From: an uncultured Candidatus Saccharibacteria bacterium
Lineage (GTDB): Bacteria; Patescibacteriota; Doudnabacteria; UBA920
NCBI GenBank assembly: GCA_964474825.1
Contig: CAYYWQ010000001.1
Coordinates: 357,609 to 421,608 of the forward strand
DNA length: 64,000 nucleotides
Reading direction: 5' to 3'
In this document: piece by piece, positions 60,438 to 64,000 of the stretch
Layout: the number at the start of each line of letters is the position of its first letter
Numbering within the stretch: the stretch's first letter is position 1
Made by a program: the position numbers and the translations under genes
The notes under the pieces: generated by a model
Told to the model about the DNA's origin: nothing
Databases searched by the model: none
Seen by the model: the letters and a program-made list of their open reading frames with translations, nothing else

Positions 60438-62072
60438 CTAGTTCTTGGTTTTGTCTGAAAAGTCAGTTTCATCAATCACCTTTTCAACGGCAAGTTTTTT
60501 GCCAAAAATAAAATTAAAGTTTGGCCAGTAATGTAGGTCCAATTTTTTGCAAAAAAATAAAAATACAACCAGGCCAAAAAGGCCGGAAATACTGCCTTGG
60601 ATCAAAAGCCCAAAAACTGTCGCTGTGTTAACAGCCTTGTTCAAAAACATTATTCCAACGTAACAAACCACACCCATTAGCAGGCTTGCGACTAAAACTT
60701 TCCAAAAAGTAGAAAGTATTCCTGAATCAAATTGTTTTAATGCAGCTTGGCCTCTAAAATCTTTTCTAATTAGGTAAAATAAAATTAAAGCATTCCAAAA
60801 ACTGGCGACAACAAAAGCTGTGGTAAGACCAAAAACGCCGTAAGCGCGTCCAAGTAAAACTCCTAAAATAATATTAATTACTATTGCACCAATATTTACC
60901 ATTACAGGAATTTTTGTATTGTGCCTGGCAAAAAATGCCCGGGAAAGTAAAGTGGTTAAGGCTTGGCTTAAAAAGGCAATGCTAAAAATTCCTAAAATTT
61001 GGAAAGTGCGCTGCGTGTCTTCCCAGCTAAATTTCCCGGTCCCGAGTATAAGCCTTACCACATGTTCCCTATATATATAAGTTAGAATAGTAATGGGAAT
61101 TATAAAAAACATTGTTTGCCCAATGCTCTTGCCTAAAGCTAACAAAAACTTTTCATTATTATTGTCTGCAAATAGTTCAGACAAAACTGGGAAAACAGCA
61201 AGGGCAATTGGGTAAGCAAAAACACCAATGGGCACTGCCTGTAAATTGTAAGCTTGGTTAAGTCCGGTAATTGAGCCGGCGGTTAAGGCAGACCCAACTA
61301 CTGTTCCAAGAAGTAAGGTAACATTAGAAAGGTCAAAAGAAAAAACCCTTGGAATGTATAGGTTCCATAATTGTTTTAAATAAAGCCTGCCCCTTGAAAA
61401 TGAAAGCTGGAAACTAATGCCGTGCCAATATACAGCAATTATTTGAGCGAGAAGTTGCGCTAAGGCTCCTAAAATTACTCCATAGCCTAAACCAAGAATG
61501 CCAAAACGTGGGTATAGAAAAATTACTCCAAAAATTATGCCAACATTGTAAAGCAGTGGCGCAAAACTGCTGACTAAAAATAATTTTTTTGCGTTAAGCA
61601 CTGCCCCATAGACTGTGCCTAGGGCAAAAATAATTGGGGAAATAAGAAATAACCTTGTTAGTTTAAGAGTGTCTAACAATTGCTGGTCTACAAACCCAGG
61701 GACTAGAGTGTGAACCAAGGAGCGGGAAAATAATAAAAGTACTAAGCAGATTATTCCAACTACTAAAGAGCTAATTACTAAAATTTGGCTAGTAAAAAGA
61801 TTGCTTTCTTCCTCGTTTTCCGCCCGAATGCTTGTAAAAACGGGTAAAAAAGCAACAGACAACGTACTTGTAACTAACAGGGTAGTTAAAAAGTCAGGAA
61901 TACGGAAAGCTGCGTAGTAACTGTCTAAAATTTGTCCTTGGCCAAAAGTTCCAGAAAATAGGCGTTCTCTATAAATAGCAACAAACTTTATAAGCAATGT
62001 AAAAAAACCAACAATAGTTGCGGCCTTGGCTACTGTAAAGTTGTCTTCAAGAGCTGTAAATTTTTTAAACAT
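60438..62072 (-). CDS. murJ: Lipid II flippase MurJ/MviN
   Basis: RE, DSY.AAFRIPD, AF.PVF, P.LYN, P.GVF, RAFFA..NTKIP. Confidence 0.92.
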   Translation of the reverse strand: MFKKFTALEDNFTVAKAATIVGFFTLLIKFVAIYRERLFSGTFGQGQILDSYYAAFRIPDFLTTLLVTSTLSVAFLPVFTSIRAENEEESNLFTSQILVISSLVVGIICLVLLLFSRSLVHTLVPGFVDQQLLDTLKLTRLFLISPIIFALGTVYGAVLNAKKLFLVSSFAPLLYNVGIIFGVIFLYPRFGILGLGYGVILGALAQLLAQIIAVYWHGISFQLSFSRGRLYLKQLWNLYIPRVFSFDLSNVTLLLGTVVGSALTAGSITGLNQAYNLQAVPIGVFAYPIALAVFPVLSELFADNNNEKFLLALGKSIGQTMFFIIPITILTYIYREHVVRLILGTGKFSWEDTQRTFQILGIFSIAFLSQALTTLLSRAFFARHNTKIPVMVNIGAIVINIILGVLLGRAYGVFGLTTAFVVASFWNALILFYLIRKDFRGQAALKQFDSGILSTFWKVLVASLLMGVVCYVGIMFLNKAVNTATVFGLLIQGSISGLFGLVVFLFFCKKLDLHYWPNFNFIFGKKLAVEKVIDETDFSDKTKN

Positions 62073-62074
62073 AT

Positions 62075-64000
62075 TTAACGGTTTTGTAATACTTCACCGA
62101 GTAAAAAATCCCTGTCTAAGCTAAAATTATAATTTAAATTATCCATTTGTAAATCCGTAGGTGTAAAATTTTGCCAAACAATTTTTCTTTTAGGAAAATC
62201 TAAGCGGTAGTAAAAATCTGCTGGCAATGCTCCTGGCTGCTTTTGCAGTAACAGGCTGAAATGGTCGGTTTGGTTTAATTTAAACGGCAGTTTATAAACC
62301 AGGGTAATTGTTTTTGTTTGGCCTCCCTTAACAAACAGCCAGTTGCCAAAAAAAGTTTTGCCGGCTTCCTCTCCAATGCTGGTACCGCTGACTAAATCTG
62401 TAACAATGGTTTTTTCCCATTCCTTAACATCAGAGTCTATTTTATAGCCCCCAAAGCCTACCAGTGTGGTTGTATTATAGTCAAAGCCAAGGTTACTGAC
62501 TAGTTGCGAGCCTTTCGGCACCAGCACCCTTATAAAACTGCCGTTAGTAGTGTTGGGCAAATCCGGCATAGTGTTAGTCCTTGTAATAGCCAGAGTGTTA
62601 GTAATACTGCCGTCTTCCGCAATTTCACTTTTTAAATTTACTGATTGTTTTAAATATAAATCGGTCTTGCTACCGCTCAGGTTAGCGCTGTTAATTGTTA
62701 AATAATCCCGGTCAGAAGGTAAAACATTACCGCCCCAGTTAAAATCTGCAATTTCCTGTTGAGCTTTTTCGCTCCGGGAATAAAGCAGGATTTGTTTTTG
62801 CGTCAGGCTGTCTTGAATAATTTGAAGTAACTGCGGAAATTGGTCCTTAGGTAAGCTACCCAAACGAGTCAGTAATACGGGCACTAAGTCTGCCAAAATT
62901 TGCTTGGGCTTGTTGTCTACACGGCTGTAGTTAACTGACGCCTCAACTTGCGTAACTTCCACAAAATTTTCTGCCGTAAGACTGACTCCATAACGCGCTA
63001 ATTCAATGGGACCTGTAAGTTTTAGTAAATTTTGCATCACCGTTGGAGTTAGAACAATAATTTCGTCCGGAGTTTCGCCTCCTTCTTTTTCGTAAAAGTC
63101 AGAAATTTTTTGCGCGCTTTTTGGAAAATCCACGAACCAGTTACTGTCACGCAGAAACCAGGAATCATTAACTGCTACCACGGGAAATGGCGGGCGGATT
63201 TTTTCGTGTAATTGTCCGTCCAGATCATAAATACTGCTAATATTAAGGGAGGTAATAGCCCCGTTTTTTATTTTAACATCGCCGTATGTGCCAATAAAAC
63301 CGCCGCTTGGACGTAGCTCATTGTTATTTTCTAAAATTAACAACAAGCGTTTGTTGCCGCCTACGAAATTATTGGCCAAAGAAAGCAAATCCGCAAAACT
63401 ATGAAAAGCTTTTTGTAGTTCTGAAAAATTTTGCCTGGCCAGCACAAATTTTTCCTTAAAAGACCCTGGTAATGAATTTTCGTTAACAGATAAAAGCAAG
63501 CTGCTGGCTTGGTCTATTTGTTTTAAGGCCTCGTTAATCTCTTCTAAGGATTTTCTTAAATCCAAACCTTGCCTGCCGTCTGCGGACAGTCCACCGGCTG
63601 AAAGATTCCAGTTCTCTAAGGCGCTGTAAGCCTTCCCAATTTTGCTTCCAGCCTGGGAAAGTAAAGATGCCGCTTTAAATAGCTTGTCCGAGTCCTGTTT
63701 TTGAGGAAACAAGTTTAGTAATTGGTTAAGAACAAAATTTTCCTGCTGTAGCTGTTTCTGCCCGGAGTTAAAAGAGTTAAATGCCAGTTGAAATTTATTC
63801 TCAGCTTCATTAAAATTTTTGTTTTGCAAATCTGTTTTTGCTCCAAGCAGTGCTTGGCCACCCTGCACGCCAAATCCAGTGAGCTTGTTTTTTAATTCCA
63901 AACCACTAGCCAACATTTTAAGGCCAAACAGTCCGCCCCAACCACACGCAGCAATTACCAAAAAAATTGCTAAAGTTTTAGCAATTGAAGCCTGTTTAAC
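62075..64000 (-). CDS. DUF4012-domain membrane-anchored protein (5' end outside the window)
   Basis: NNNELRPSGGFIG, LRDSNW..DFP.SA, FYE.EGG, K.DLY, QKQPG; frame stays open to the window edge. Confidence 0.85.
   Translation of the reverse strand, partial: VKQASIAKTLAIFLVIAACGWGGLFGLKMLASGLELKNKLTGFGVQGGQALLGAKTDLQNKNFNEAENKFQLAFNSFNSGQKQLQQENFVLNQLLNLFPQKQDSDKLFKAASLLSQAGSKIGKAYSALENWNLSAGGLSADGRQGLDLRKSLEEINEALKQIDQASSLLLSVNENSLPGSFKEKFVLARQNFSELQKAFHSFADLLSLANNFVGGNKRLLLILENNNELRPSGGFIGTYGDVKIKNGAITSLNISSIYDLDGQLHEKIRPPFPVVAVNDSWFLRDSNWFVDFPKSAQKISDFYEKEGGETPDEIIVLTPTVMQNLLKLTGPIELARYGVSLTAENFVEVTQVEASVNYSRVDNKPKQILADLVPVLLTRLGSLPKDQFPQLLQIIQDSLTQKQILLYSRSEKAQQEIADFNWGGNVLPSDRDYLTINSANLSGSKTDLYLKQSVNLKSEIAEDGSITNTLAITRTNTMPDLPNTTNGSFIRVLVPKGSQLVSNLGFDYNTTTLVGFGGYKIDSDVKEWEKTIVTDLVSGTSIGEEAGKTFFGNWLFVKGGQTKTITLVYKLPFKLNQTDHFSLLLQKQPGALPADFYYRLDFPKRKIVWQNFTPTDLQMDNLNYNFSLDRDFLLGEVLQNR

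Overview
A low-GC, gene-dense bacterial chromosome segment using genetic code 11, with compact housekeeping genes. The gene content and protein families resemble Patescibacteria/CPR (Parcubacteria-like); this taxonomy is inferred, not tested. Housekeeping content: five aminoacyl-tRNA synthetases (thrS, cysS, serS, lysS, pheS), map with two adk paralogs, dnaB, recR, rplU, pyrH, greA, gyrB, lepA, murJ, murI, a cold-shock gene, a complete F1Fo operon, a P-type ATPase and four tRNAs (Asp, two CAT, Thr). It also has an envelope glycosylation cluster and a nuclease run (rmuC, NYN, PIN, UvrD-nuclease). I saw no transposase, integrase, phage gene, CRISPR array or rRNA. Most notable: (1) a monomeric mitochondrial-type PheRS next to a stand-alone PheT B2 OB-fold gene; (2) LysRS fused to a DUF2000/PTH2-like domain; (3) degenerate 7-bp tandem repeats forming inverted pairs between genes and also lying inside conserved genes; (4) two membrane-anchored proteins, each with two leaderless pilin-like heads; (5) small orphan ORFs inserted into core operons, two with a duplicated 25-bp gene start; (6) an unannotated 21-aa lysine-rich peptide with a structured leader. 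All product calls come from reading motifs by eye; no database search was run.
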